Shown here: positions 10,243 to 20,245 of the stretch, piece by piece | Numbering within the stretch: the first letter of the stretch is position 1 | Layout: every line of letters begins with the position of its first letter | Made by a program: the position numbers and the translations under genes | From: Pedosphaera parvula Ellin514 | Lineage (GTDB): Bacteria; Verrucomicrobiota; Verrucomicrobiia; Limisphaerales; JADJPG01 | Reading direction: 5' to 3' | Length of the DNA: 64,000 nucleotides | Assembly: GCA_943332515.1 (NCBI GenBank) | Contig: CALQPR010000019.1 | Location: 1,803-65,802, forward strand | Notes under the pieces: model-generated | Seen by the model: only the letters and a program-made list of their open reading frames with translations | The model's database searches: none | What the model was told of the DNA's origin: nothing

Positions 10243-12051
10243 ATGAACATCAACCGCCTCCTGCTACTCCTTTCCCTCTGCCTCTTCACTATCGGTCCAG
10301 CGCACGCGGCCGAACGCTCGTTCGATCAATGGGCCGACGATTTTGCGGTGCGCTGGGTGCGGCTCAACCCGCAGTTCGCCACGATGGCCCAATATTTCAC
10401 CGGAGCCGAGCAGGACGCGCTCGACCGGCAACTGATCCTCGGCGGGGCTTTTGGACAGACCTACGGCGTCAAGGCCGCCCGGGAGCGCGCCGAGTTTGCG
10501 CGCCGAGGGCTGAAGGAGTTGCAGCGCTTCCCGGCTGCGAAACTCACAGCCCCGCAGCGGACGTCCGCAGCGGTGATCCAGTGGTCGCTGGAAGACGCGG
10601 TGCGCGGCGCGGCCTTCGCACAGCACCAGTTCGTGTTTGAGCAGATCGGCGGGCTGCACCTCGGGATCGTTAGTTTCCTCACCTCGACCCATCCGATTCG
10701 CAATGCTCGCGATGTCGAGAACTACCTCGCCCGTCTCGCCCTTGTGGCGCCGCGCATCGACGAGGGCATCGCCGAGGCGAAAGCGGCGGGTGTGGCCGGC
10801 ATGATTCCGCCGCGCTTCGTCTTGCAGCGCGTGATCGAGCAGCTCGATGGCTTCACGGCCCAGAAGCCGGCGGAAAACCCGTTCGTCGCCACCCTGGACC
10901 AGCGCGTCGCCACGCTCGGCGCGGCCGTGTCGGCGGAGCAGCGGGCCAGGTTCGTCGCCGCCGCCGAAAAGGAGGTGGCGGTGGCCATCATCCCGGCTTA
11001 CCAGCGCGCACGCACTTTGCTCGCGGCGCAGTTGCCGGGCGCGACCGACGACGCCGGAGCGTGGCGCCTGCCGCGGGGCGGGAACTTTTACGCCAACTCG
11101 CTGGAGTCATTCACCACCACGAAGCTGACGCCGGCGGAAATCCATGCCATCGGTCTGCGCGAAGTCACGAATATCAGCACCGAGATGGAGTCGATCCTCC
11201 AGCAACTCGGCTACAAGGAGGGCACCCTCCAGGACCGCATCGAGAAACTGAACGCCACGCTGAACCCGCCGGCGGAGCCCGACCCTCGGCTCCTGCTGGT
11301 CGCCAAGGTCGAGGCGCTGGTGCGTGACGCGGAGCGGCGGGCGGTCGCGATGTTCGACCTGCTCCCGAAAGCGCCGGTCACGGTGAAGCGCGCGCCGGCC
11401 TTTTCGGAAAAAAGCGCGGCGGCAAATTACACCCCTCCCGCGCCCGACGGTTCCAGTCCCGGCATCTACTGGCTGCCCTTGGCTGATCTTGGACCACGCG
11501 TGACGTGGCTCGGGGTCGGCATGAAATCCACCGTGTATCACGAGGCAGTGCCGGGACACCATTTCCAGATCACCATCCAGCAGGAATCGCAGGACCTGCC
11601 GCGCTATCGCAAGCTCGGTGTGTTCGGTTTAAACTCCGCCTACATTGAGGGCTGGGCGCTCTACGCCGAGCGGCTGGCGGCGGAAAACGGCTGGTATGAG
11701 GGCGACCTGCCCGGACGGCTCGGCTACCTGCAACTCCAACTCTTCCGCGCGCGCCGACTCGTGGCCGACACCGGTCTGCACGCGATGAAATGGACGCGGC
11801 AGCAGGTGATCGACTACGGCTTCACGCCGCAGGAGACGGAGCGCTACATCGTGTGGCCGGGGCAGGCGTGTTCCTACATGATCGGCCAGCTTCGGATATT
11901 GGAACTGCGCGAAAAGGCCAAGGCCGCGCTCGGCGCGAAATTCTCGATCAAGGAATTCCACAACGTCGTCCTGCGCGGCGGCTCGGTGCCGCTCGCGGTG
12001 CTGGCGCAGGAAGTGGACGCGTGGGTAACGGCCAGGAAAGCAGGCGGCTAG
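10243..12051 (+). CDS. DUF885 family secreted protein
   Basis: YHEAVPGHHFQ, EGWALYAE, RLVADTGLH, PGQACSYMIG motifs; signal peptide. Confidence 0.92.
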   Translation: MNINRLLLLLSLCLFTIGPAHAAERSFDQWADDFAVRWVRLNPQFATMAQYFTGAEQDALDRQLILGGAFGQTYGVKAARERAEFARRGLKELQRFPAAKLTAPQRTSAAVIQWSLEDAVRGAAFAQHQFVFEQIGGLHLGIVSFLTSTHPIRNARDVENYLARLALVAPRIDEGIAEAKAAGVAGMIPPRFVLQRVIEQLDGFTAQKPAENPFVATLDQRVATLGAAVSAEQRARFVAAAEKEVAVAIIPAYQRARTLLAAQLPGATDDAGAWRLPRGGNFYANSLESFTTTKLTPAEIHAIGLREVTNISTEMESILQQLGYKEGTLQDRIEKLNATLNPPAEPDPRLLLVAKVEALVRDAERRAVAMFDLLPKAPVTVKRAPAFSEKSAAANYTPPAPDGSSPGIYWLPLADLGPRVTWLGVGMKSTVYHEAVPGHHFQITIQQESQDLPRYRKLGVFGLNSAYIEGWALYAERLAAENGWYEGDLPGRLGYLQLQLFRARRLVADTGLHAMKWTRQQVIDYGFTPQETERYIVWPGQACSYMIGQLRILELREKAKAALGAKFSIKEFHNVVLRGGSVPLAVLAQEVDAWVTARKAGG

Positions 12052-12083
12052 AGTCGTGGCCCAACCCGCATGATGATTTCCAA

Positions 12084-13577
12084 ATGAATCCAAATTCAAT
12101 CCTCCTATTGGCGGCGGCACTGTCCGCCTGTGGCATCACGACGGTCAACCTCAGGGGCGCAGAAGCTCTCCCTCCCCATTGGCCGCAGTTCCGCGGCCCT
12201 GGTGGCAACGCCATTGCGACTGCGCAAGCCATTCCGATCACGTTCGGTCCGGACAATAATGTGCGCTGGAAGACTGCACTGCCGGCGGGGCATTCCTCGC
12301 CATGCATCTGGGGCGACCGCATCTTTCTCACCGGGCACGACGGCACGACGTTGAAAATGATCTGCCTGCGACGTTCCGACGGGAAGATTCTTTGGGAGCG
12401 CGAGCGGAAGATTCCCAAGCTCGCCACCTACGAGCACATCGCCGGGAGCCCGGCGAATTCGACTCCGGCAACCGACGGGCGGCACGTGGTGTTCCAGTTC
12501 GACGATTTCGGCGTGGTGGTGATGGACTTCGCGGGTGAGGTGATTTGGGAAAGGACGTTCGCCCCGACCGCAAACCGGTTCAGCTACGGCGCGTCGCCGG
12601 TGCTCGATGACGGGAGTCTCTACCTCAACCGGGACGGGGGTATTGATTCGAGCCTGCTCTGCCTGGACGTGGCGACGGGGAAGGAGCGCTGGAAGGCGGT
12701 GCGTCCCGACGCGATTGGCAGCTTCTGCTCACCGTATGTTTCAGGCGAAGGAGCGCTGAAACAAATCCTGGCGGGCGGCTCCGGCCGGCTGGAGGCTTAT
12801 GACGCCCTCACCGGCAAACCCGTCTGGCATGTGACAGGATTGCCGATCTTCGTCTGTCCTTCGCCGGTGGTGGCGGGCGGCATGATTTTCTATGGCGGCT
12901 GGACCACGGCGCACGTGGCCGGGCGCACCCGCATTGAATCCATCTTCGACGAGGACTCGGGAGTCTCCGCAGCGGCGATGAAGGATCCGTCGGCTTTCTT
13001 CGCACAGTTTGACGCGAACAAGGACGGCAGGCTGGTGGTGGGTGAATTCCCGCAGAGCCGTGCGCGGGATGCCTTCAATTTCACGGACAAGAACAAGAGC
13101 GGTTTTGTCGAGATGGAGGAATGGGCGCCTGTTTACACCGAGCGAGGCACAGCTCCCGGACGCAACGTGCTGCTCGCGATCGCGCCGGGCGGCAAGGGCG
13201 ACATCACCGGGACGCATGTGAAATGGGAAGTGGCGAAAGGGTTGCCCTACGTCGCTTCGCCATTGGCCCATCGTGGGAACGTGTATTTCGTGAAGACCGG
13301 CGGATTCCTCTCCTGCCTGGATGCGAAGACCGGCACAGCGCATTACGAATCCGAACGGCTGGGCGTTGCCGGCGAGTATTACGCCACCCCGGTGGCGGTC
13401 GGCGAACACATCGTGATCTGCGCCGAACGCGGGACGGTGCTCATGGTCAAGGCAGGCGACCGTCTGGAAATCGTCGCGCGCAATGTTCTGGGCGAATCGC
13501 TGAACGCCACGCCGGCAGTGGTGGACAACACCCTCTACGTACGGAGCGCCAAGCACCTGTGGGCTTTTGCGAAGTAA
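12084..13577 (+). CDS. PQQ-like/BamB-type beta-propeller protein with an EF-hand pair insert
   Basis: WPQFRGPGG, GHSSPCIWGD, repeated SP...D..TGK..W blades; DANKDGRLVVGE and DKNKSGFVEMEE loops; start chosen at the signal peptide MNPNSILLL. Confidence 0.88.
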   Translation: MNPNSILLLAAALSACGITTVNLRGAEALPPHWPQFRGPGGNAIATAQAIPITFGPDNNVRWKTALPAGHSSPCIWGDRIFLTGHDGTTLKMICLRRSDGKILWERERKIPKLATYEHIAGSPANSTPATDGRHVVFQFDDFGVVVMDFAGEVIWERTFAPTANRFSYGASPVLDDGSLYLNRDGGIDSSLLCLDVATGKERWKAVRPDAIGSFCSPYVSGEGALKQILAGGSGRLEAYDALTGKPVWHVTGLPIFVCPSPVVAGGMIFYGGWTTAHVAGRTRIESIFDEDSGVSAAAMKDPSAFFAQFDANKDGRLVVGEFPQSRARDAFNFTDKNKSGFVEMEEWAPVYTERGTAPGRNVLLAIAPGGKGDITGTHVKWEVAKGLPYVASPLAHRGNVYFVKTGGFLSCLDAKTGTAHYESERLGVAGEYYATPVAVGEHIVICAERGTVLMVKAGDRLEIVARNVLGESLNATPAVVDNTLYVRSAKHLWAFAK

Positions 13578-13712
13578 GACCGGGCCTGCTGGGACAAGGC
13601 GGCCCCGGCAAAACTTCCGCCTCAAGTCGGGGTTGATTTACTCCGCTTGATCCGTGAAAGATCTCTACGGAACGACAGTGAAACGGAATTCATAATCGAT
13701 TAAGGCACCAAT

Positions 13713-14420
13713 ATGCGCATTCGCCCCGGCGTCATCATCTCCATCATCGCGGTCTTCGGCGTGCTTTTCGCCGGACGTTATCTCGGCTTGTTCGGCGGGA
13801 AACCCAGCGAGGTGGCGGTAGAGACGAGCCCCGCTGAACCTCCCTCGACCGAGAAGCGGCCAGGACCGATTGAAATCGAACCACCCGCACCGCGACCTCC
13901 CGCCCGCACCACGATGACCACCCTGACACCGCTCAATCCCCCTATCGTTCCTGCGGTTCCTGTGGCCACGGACCCGAACGGGAAGATCGCTGACTGGGAG
14001 CAGAAGATTGACGACGTGTTGACCGGGCAGGACGACGAGGGAGCGAAGGCCAGGCGGCTCTTGGATATTTTTGACCGCCTGCCTGAAGACGGCCAGGTGG
14101 AAGCCGTGCAGCATATTTCCAATCTCCTGCCGGACGAACAATACGCCGAGCTGTCGAAGCGACTGGTCGATCCCAAGACGCCCGAGGGAGTGCTGGAAGT
14201 CTTGATGACGGATGTGTTGAACCGCCCCAACAAGCTGAAGCTCGATGCGCTGTTCGACGTGGCGCGCCTGCCGAATCACCCCAAGGCCGAGGAGGCCCGC
14301 GACGTTCTAGAAGTGTTCCTCGACGATGTGGATTGGGACGCGGTGAAGGCTTCCGGCAACTGGGATCTGGTCCGGGCCGAGAAAGACAAGTGGCTGAAGG
14401 AAAACCCGGACCAGGAATAG
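13713..14420 (+). CDS. Hypothetical membrane-anchored protein (Pro-rich linker, helical domain)
   Basis: N-terminal hydrophobic helix, Pro-rich linker, acidic helical C-terminus. Confidence 0.75.
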   Translation: MRIRPGVIISIIAVFGVLFAGRYLGLFGGKPSEVAVETSPAEPPSTEKRPGPIEIEPPAPRPPARTTMTTLTPLNPPIVPAVPVATDPNGKIADWEQKIDDVLTGQDDEGAKARRLLDIFDRLPEDGQVEAVQHISNLLPDEQYAELSKRLVDPKTPEGVLEVLMTDVLNRPNKLKLDALFDVARLPNHPKAEEARDVLEVFLDDVDWDAVKASGNWDLVRAEKDKWLKENPDQE

Positions 14421-14484
14421 CCGGGAGAAATCGCCCGGTGCCAGCGCGAGATGGCTGCGCAAGTCCGCCGTCGAAGCTTGGCCG

Positions 14485-14514
14485 TTGATTCCACCAGCGG
14501 CGGTCCACTAGTCT
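14485..14514 (+). promoter_or_regulatory. Putative sigma70 promoter, leaderless geometry
   Basis: TTGATT-18-TAGTCT, 7 nt before ATG 14522. Confidence 0.5.
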
Positions 14515-14521
14515 GGCTGCG

Positions 14522-16330
14522 ATGGTTGGCCCACCGACATCGACCCGACTGCTCCGGCAGTTGCACGAACTGCTCCGCAGACATTGGCGAAGGGCGATCA
14601 TCATTCGCGACCGGCTGCGGTTCAGCGAGGAGGCTGTTCATCTGCTCATGGCGACCCTCGTGGGCGTGACAGGCGCTCTCGCAAACGTCGCCTATCACGG
14701 GGTCAACGAGCTCTTGAAGAGGATCGTTCTCTCCGAAGGTGGCGAGCTGGCTGGAATCGCCATCGGCCTGCCGATGTGGCAACGGCTGCTGGTCCCTGCG
14801 GTCGGCGGGCTCGCCGCCGGGCTGATCCTTTTCCTCGGCCTGCGCATGATGGCGCATCCCGGACTCACCAACCTGCTCGAAGCCGTCGTCGCTGGAGATG
14901 GCCGGCTTTCCCTGCGCACCGCCACGCTGAACGCCGCCTCCTCGCTGGTCAGCATCAGCACCGGGGCTTCAATCGGAAGAGAGGGTTTGCTGATCCAAAT
15001 CGCTTCGACGCTGGCCTCGAAGTTCGGTCAGCTCGGCAAGTGGCCGCCCTATCGCCTGCGCCTGATGGTGGCCTGTGGCGCGGCTGCCGGCGTAGCCGCC
15101 GGATGCAACGCGCCCATCAGCGGAGCCGTGTTCGCTGCGCAGATTGTTCTCGGGAATTTCTCGATGAACTTGTTCGCCCCTCTTCTGGTTTCCTCCGTGG
15201 TGGCGTCCGTCCTGTCGCGAACCTTCTTCGGGACGGGGCATTGGTTCGATGCCCCTTCGTTCGAGTTCACGCGGCTTTCGGAACTGCCATGGTTCCTTTT
15301 GCTCGGCGGCTTCTGCGGCGGCATTGGCGCGGTGTTCCTGAAATCGCTTCGCTTTGGCCAGACGTGGTTTGAAAAGATGCCGGTGCCGCTCTACGCCCGC
15401 CTGGCGATAGGTGGGCTGGTGGTTGGAGTGATCGGACTGTGGTATCCCGACGTCTGGGGCAACGGTTATGCGGCCGCCGACCGTCTCCTTCGCAGTGAGC
15501 CGAACATCCTGTTCGTCATCGGTCTATTCGTCGCGAAGTTTCTCGCGACCACGGCCACAGTCAGCTCCGGTGCCGTCGGTGGAGTCTTCACCCCCACGCT
15601 GTTTCTAGGCGCGGCGGCGGGCAGTTTATTTGAAGCAGTGCTGCACCTCGGGGGCTTCGGACTCCAGATTCCCACCGGCTGCTTTGCGCTGGTGGGAATG
15701 GGCGGAGCCCTGGCGGCGACGACCCATTCCCCTCTGCTCGCCTTGATCATGCTGTTCGAGCTATCGCTAAACTATTCCCTGATGCCTCCGCTGATGCTCA
15801 CTTGCGCCGTTTCGACGCTGGTTGCCCGCAGCCTTCACCGCGACTCCATCTACACCGAGCCGCTTCGCCGGAAAGGTCTGGATCTGGATCGCGAAAGCAC
15901 CCGCCCCGGCGCAGCGACGGAGCGAACCGTGGCGGATTTGATGCGCGCGCCCGTGCCGCCAGTGCAAGAGAACGCGCCGTTTCGCAGCCTTGCCGATCGA
16001 TTTCTTCAGGTGCCGAACAATTTTCTACCCGTCGTGAGCGACCGCGGCCGGTTGCTGGGCGTCGTTGCGTTGCACGACTTGAAGGAACACCTGAACGTGG
16101 AGCGCGAGCTGGTCAGCGTGATCGCATCCGACATCATGCGGCCTCCGCCACCTTGCCTGACGCCGGACCAGCGTCTCGCGGATGTGCTCCCGACGTTGCT
16201 GGCGTGTGAAATGCGGAATATCCCGGTCGTCAACAATCAGAGCGAGCTGCGGCTCATAGGCAGCGTGGCACGAGCCGAGGCGCTGGGTCTTCTATCGGAA
16301 GCGATCGTGGCCAGGAACGCAGCAGGCTAG
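14522..16330 (+). CDS. ClC chloride channel/antiporter with CBS pair
   Basis: GASIGREG, GGVFTP, many TM helices, C-terminal CBS domains. Confidence 0.93.
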   Translation: MVGPPTSTRLLRQLHELLRRHWRRAIIIRDRLRFSEEAVHLLMATLVGVTGALANVAYHGVNELLKRIVLSEGGELAGIAIGLPMWQRLLVPAVGGLAAGLILFLGLRMMAHPGLTNLLEAVVAGDGRLSLRTATLNAASSLVSISTGASIGREGLLIQIASTLASKFGQLGKWPPYRLRLMVACGAAAGVAAGCNAPISGAVFAAQIVLGNFSMNLFAPLLVSSVVASVLSRTFFGTGHWFDAPSFEFTRLSELPWFLLLGGFCGGIGAVFLKSLRFGQTWFEKMPVPLYARLAIGGLVVGVIGLWYPDVWGNGYAAADRLLRSEPNILFVIGLFVAKFLATTATVSSGAVGGVFTPTLFLGAAAGSLFEAVLHLGGFGLQIPTGCFALVGMGGALAATTHSPLLALIMLFELSLNYSLMPPLMLTCAVSTLVARSLHRDSIYTEPLRRKGLDLDRESTRPGAATERTVADLMRAPVPPVQENAPFRSLADRFLQVPNNFLPVVSDRGRLLGVVALHDLKEHLNVERELVSVIASDIMRPPPPCLTPDQRLADVLPTLLACEMRNIPVVNNQSELRLIGSVARAEALGLLSEAIVARNAAG

Positions 16331-16353
16331 CGCTGCCGCCGTTCCACGAAGGT

Positions 16354-17724
16354 CTATTCCGCCAGACTGGTTTGCTTGGAGGCAACTTTCTCCGCTTTGA
16401 CGGGCGTCCGCTTCTCGTTGGCCGGGGCAAGGCTGCGTTTGGAGTAAAGCGAGATTCCCTTCAACACGTCCATCGCACGTTCCATCTGCGGGTCGCGCGC
16501 ATTCTTCACTCGCTCCTGATCCTTTTCGGGCAGCGACTCAATGCCGCCGGGCGTGCGCTTGAGCAGGATGTCGCGCATCTCCTCGTCGCTCATGGGGACA
16601 ATGATGTCCGGCGTGATGCCCTTCTCGTGAATGACCTTGTGGCTGGGCGTGTAATACTTCGCGGTAGTCAGGCGCAGCGCGGAACCATCCTGCAGCGGCA
16701 GGATGCTTTGCACGGAGCCTTTGCCGAAGGTCTGTTCGCCAACCACGATCGCCTTGCAGACCCGCAGCGCGGTGCAGTCCTGCAAACAGCCGGAGACGAT
16801 CTCGGAGGCGCTGGCGCTGCCATTGTTTACCAGGACGACGATGGGGAGCGACGCATATCGCCCGCGTCGTTTGGCGTGATACATGGACTTGGTTTTCGCA
16901 TCACGACCTTCCGTCGAGACGACGAGCTGGTCGGCTGGAAGGAACTTTTCGCAGACTTGCACCGCCTGATCGAGCAGGCCGCCCGGATTGTCGCGCAGAT
17001 CGAGAATGAGAGACTCCGCGCCCTTGGCTTCCAGCTTGCGCAATCCGTCCTCCAAATCGGCCGCCGTGGCTTCGCCAAACTGAACGAGCCGGACATAGCC
17101 GACCTTGTCTTCGCTCAACGGGAACTCGCGCTTGCCATTGATGTCCTTGACGGTGTCGACCTTGATCTTGGCGCGAACGAGGGTGTAATCCTTGAACTGT
17201 CCGCTGGAGGGTCGATAGGTCGTGAGATTTACTTCCGTGTCCGGCACGCCGCGAAGCCGCTTCACCGTCTCGTTCAAACTCAGCTTCTCCGTGCTCTTGC
17301 CATCGATCTTCACAATGCGATCGCCGGTCAGAATGCCAGCCTTGAACCCTGGCGTGTCCTCCATCGGCGCGACGACGGTGAGATAGTTGTCCTTCATCGA
17401 GACCACGATGCCGACGCCGCCAAACTCGCCCTGGGTATCCTTCTTCAAGTCATCGTATTTGACCGGCTCCATGAACTCGCTGTGCGGATCGAGCGTGCTG
17501 AGCATGCCCTTGAGCGCGCCGTGAATCAGGTTCTGGTAGCTCAGCTTCTCGCCATCGACGTATTCCTTGCGGACGCGATCGAGGACGCTGGTGAACAGGC
17601 TGATGCTGGGCAGCGCGTCGTCCTTTTCGGCGGCCTGGACATTCGAGAAATAGACTTGGGCACCGACAAAAAAATTGGCGGCCAACACTCCCAGCAGGAT
17701 TCCGTAGCAGACGCGTCGTTTCAT
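16354..17724 (-). CDS. ctpA: S41 carboxyl-terminal processing protease
   Basis: LDPHS, FGGVGI PDZ, DLRDNPGGLL, SASASEI, TFGKGSVQ. Confidence 0.93.
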   Translation of the reverse strand: MKRRVCYGILLGVLAANFFVGAQVYFSNVQAAEKDDALPSISLFTSVLDRVRKEYVDGEKLSYQNLIHGALKGMLSTLDPHSEFMEPVKYDDLKKDTQGEFGGVGIVVSMKDNYLTVVAPMEDTPGFKAGILTGDRIVKIDGKSTEKLSLNETVKRLRGVPDTEVNLTTYRPSSGQFKDYTLVRAKIKVDTVKDINGKREFPLSEDKVGYVRLVQFGEATAADLEDGLRKLEAKGAESLILDLRDNPGGLLDQAVQVCEKFLPADQLVVSTEGRDAKTKSMYHAKRRGRYASLPIVVLVNNGSASASEIVSGCLQDCTALRVCKAIVVGEQTFGKGSVQSILPLQDGSALRLTTAKYYTPSHKVIHEKGITPDIIVPMSDEEMRDILLKRTPGGIESLPEKDQERVKNARDPQMERAMDVLKGISLYSKRSLAPANEKRTPVKAEKVASKQTSLAE

Positions 17725-17754
17725 AACAGTAACAGCGTTAGATTATTTTTCGGC

Positions 17755-17783
17755 AAACTAGAACCGGCGCTACCACTTGGCAA
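17755..17783 (-). promoter_or_regulatory. Putative sigma70 promoter for ctpA
   Basis: TTGCCA-17-TAGTTT on the minus strand. Confidence 0.5.
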
Positions 17784-17976
17784 GGTTCGGCTCGTTACAA
17801 CGCCGTAATCCGTGCAAAACCTGCCGGTCGGCGGTTGAAACTGCTCGGTCTGCCAAGCGGGTTGAGTCATTCAAAATGGGCCGGGCGTTCATCGCGACCG
17901 ACGACCACTGCCAAGCAGCATCCGCGCCGAGCATCGGGTTGAGAATGGGAGCTGAAGTCATTCTTCAGCCGAAACC

Positions 17977-18840
17977 TTACAGATACTTCTCCAGCAACGG
18001 TTGCAGTTCCTTGACCGTCTTGGCTGGCCAGAACTTCCGATCGGTCATGATCGCGTTCTTGAGCGCAGAATGACACGGCCATGTCGGAGCTTTCGGAATC
18101 TGGGGAAGCACATGCGCGATGATCGCCTTCGCCTGCGCGGCGTTCTTCTGGAGATTCGCGATCACCATCTCCACCGTCACATGCGCCTCATCGCCCTTCC
18201 AGCAATCGTAGTCCGTCACCATCGCCATCGTGGCGTAGGCGATCTCGGCTTCGCGCGCACACTTGGCCTCGCCGAGATTCGTCATGCCTACCACATCAAA
18301 GCCGGCCTTGTGGTTCGCGATCGACTCCGCGCGGGTGCTGAAGGCCGGGCCTTCCATGTTCACGTAGGTGCCGCCGTTGTGGACGCGCCGCTTCAACACG
18401 CTGGCGCTCTCCAGCATCAACACACGGAGTTCTTCACAAATGGGATCGGCAAACGCGATGTGCGCCACCAGGCCGCGCCCGAAGAACGTGTGTTCAAAGC
18501 TGCGCTTGGTGCGATCGAGGAACTGGTCCGGCAAGACAATGTCGCACGGGCGATAACGGTTTTGGAGCGAGCCGACGGCGCTGACGCTGACGATCCAGGC
18601 GACACCGAGCTTCTTCATTGCCCAGAGGTTCGCGCGGTGATTCAGCTCGTTGGGAAGAATACGGTGGCCGCGCCCGTGGCGGGGGAGGAAGACCACGTCG
18701 CGCCCGCACAGCTTACCGGTGAGCAAGTCATCCGACGGCGGGCCGAACGGAGTTTTTACCTTCACCCACTTCTGCTGAGTGAAGCCTTCGATGTGATAGA
18801 GCCCGCTGCCGCCGATGATTCCAACTCGATGATTCGCCAT
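17977..18840 (-). CDS. mtnP: S-methyl-5'-thioadenosine phosphorylase
   Basis: GIIGGSGLY, FLPRHGRGH, EGPAFSTRAES, MVTDYDCW. Confidence 0.95.
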   Translation of the reverse strand: MANHRVGIIGGSGLYHIEGFTQQKWVKVKTPFGPPSDDLLTGKLCGRDVVFLPRHGRGHRILPNELNHRANLWAMKKLGVAWIVSVSAVGSLQNRYRPCDIVLPDQFLDRTKRSFEHTFFGRGLVAHIAFADPICEELRVLMLESASVLKRRVHNGGTYVNMEGPAFSTRAESIANHKAGFDVVGMTNLGEAKCAREAEIAYATMAMVTDYDCWKGDEAHVTVEMVIANLQKNAAQAKAIIAHVLPQIPKAPTWPCHSALKNAIMTDRKFWPAKTVKELQPLLEKYL

Positions 18841-18915
18841 AGCCAGTTGCCGTGTCTGGCCGGTGTTGTACCGGCAAGCACGGCGATTGGCCAACACTAG
18901 TTGCGAGATCAGCGC

Positions 18916-19383
18916 TCAAGCCGCCGTGGATGCGCCCTCGCGATAGATCCATTGCCGCCGGGTTGCTTGCAGTCGTTGAATGACCACTTGAGCCATCCGC
19001 TTCATCAGCTCAAACCCAAGGTCGTGATTCCTCTCGCACAAACCGAGCAGATGCGCGCCATCGATAATGATGGCATTGGTCGGTTCGAGGGCCCTGGCTT
19101 GAAAATGCCAAGCGAAGGGCGGGAAAAGCCAGGACCAGCCCAGCACATCGCCTCCCGAAAGAGTCTGCACAACGATATCACCGTCATGAGGCAGACGGGT
19201 TTCGAGCGCCACCTTCCCGTACTCAATCAGGAAAAAGCGATTTGCTGGATCGTTCTCCTTGAAGATCACTTCACCCCGCTCGAACTGAACCTCGACTGCA
19301 TGTTCCAGTATCAAGCCGATATGCTCTCGCGAAAAAGAGCTCAGGAATGGATGCTCCGCGATGCGAGATGTTGTCGTTTTCAT
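18916..19383 (-). CDS. Stand-alone cyclic-nucleotide-binding (Crp N-terminal-like) protein
   Basis: FERGEVIFKENDPANRFFLIEYGKV...GDVLGWSWL; no HTH domain. Confidence 0.85.
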   Translation of the reverse strand: MKTTTSRIAEHPFLSSFSREHIGLILEHAVEVQFERGEVIFKENDPANRFFLIEYGKVALETRLPHDGDIVVQTLSGGDVLGWSWLFPPFAWHFQARALEPTNAIIIDGAHLLGLCERNHDLGFELMKRMAQVVIQRLQATRRQWIYREGASTAA

Positions 19384-19513
19384 AGCATCACCTTTGGTTC
19401 GATGTTTTATCTATTCTCTACAGCCCAACCTCGCGCACTACCGTGTGGATGCTCTCCGGCTTTTGCCGAATGCCGGGGCTTTCTTGGTGCGCCGGTCCGG
19501 GATTGTTGGCCCG

Positions 19514-20122
19514 CTACTCGTTGATTCCCCAATGCGAAGCCAGGGGAGAATGAGGATCAAAGGCTCCACCTCCACCGTCACGCTGGAACGCCATCCACTC
19601 CCCGGCTTGCCGTCCGGTATCGGAACCTTCAAGAGGCTTGGAGCTGTGGAGAAAGAAGTCCATTCCGCTGCGCGAGGCAAGGTCGCGTAAATAATCTCGC
19701 AAGCTTGTGGCCTCCGGACGATCTGCCGGATGCTCGAAGAGAACTACAAGCGCGCGCGCACGAAACGCTTCGTCCATCGCCCGATCGAGGGAACCATCCA
19801 ACAAACGTTGCACAGCCTCTGGGAGCAGCTTGCCGCCATCCATGGCCAGAATCACCATGTCAGCCCGCCGGGTTTCCATGGCAGCAAACTGACAGGTCGC
19901 TTCGCTTGAGGTTAACGATTCAAACCGCCAGACGCCTTGCACCAGCTCCATGGAGTCACCGTGGCGACGTCTCAGTCGCGCGACCAGCTCGTGGGCTCGC
20001 GACTCAACCAAGTCATCCTCGCACGCGATGACCACCCGGAAAGCACCTTCGCTCGCCGTGGCATAACGCTGCTTCGGGCAGATGTCATCACCGGTCTTCA
20101 CAGTTGAACAGTCCACCGCCAT
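19514..20122 (-). CDS. Hypothetical protein (receiver-like alpha/beta pattern, HWGINE terminus)
   Basis: FRVVIACEDD...ADMVILA pattern; upstream of and co-directional with the cNMP gene. Confidence 0.6.
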   Translation of the reverse strand: MAVDCSTVKTGDDICPKQRYATASEGAFRVVIACEDDLVESRAHELVARLRRRHGDSMELVQGVWRFESLTSSEATCQFAAMETRRADMVILAMDGGKLLPEAVQRLLDGSLDRAMDEAFRARALVVLFEHPADRPEATSLRDYLRDLASRSGMDFFLHSSKPLEGSDTGRQAGEWMAFQRDGGGGAFDPHSPLASHWGINE

Positions 20123-20245
20123 TCCTCGGCTGACAATTGGGCCGAAGCCTATCTCACTCTACGGGGAACGCCTACACCCTCGTTCTGGCGGGCATACTAA
20201 TCCATTCTTCTCAACCCCGTTCGGTCTCGCTACGCTTTCAAGACC

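Noticed and set aside
11790-12083. Long upstream start for the propeller gene
   Set aside because: It overlaps the DUF885 gene; the signal peptide begins at 12084
17725-17976. 250-bp intergenic gap examined for tRNA or riboswitch
   Set aside because: No cloverleaf or recognisable riboswitch core; only a promoter-like motif
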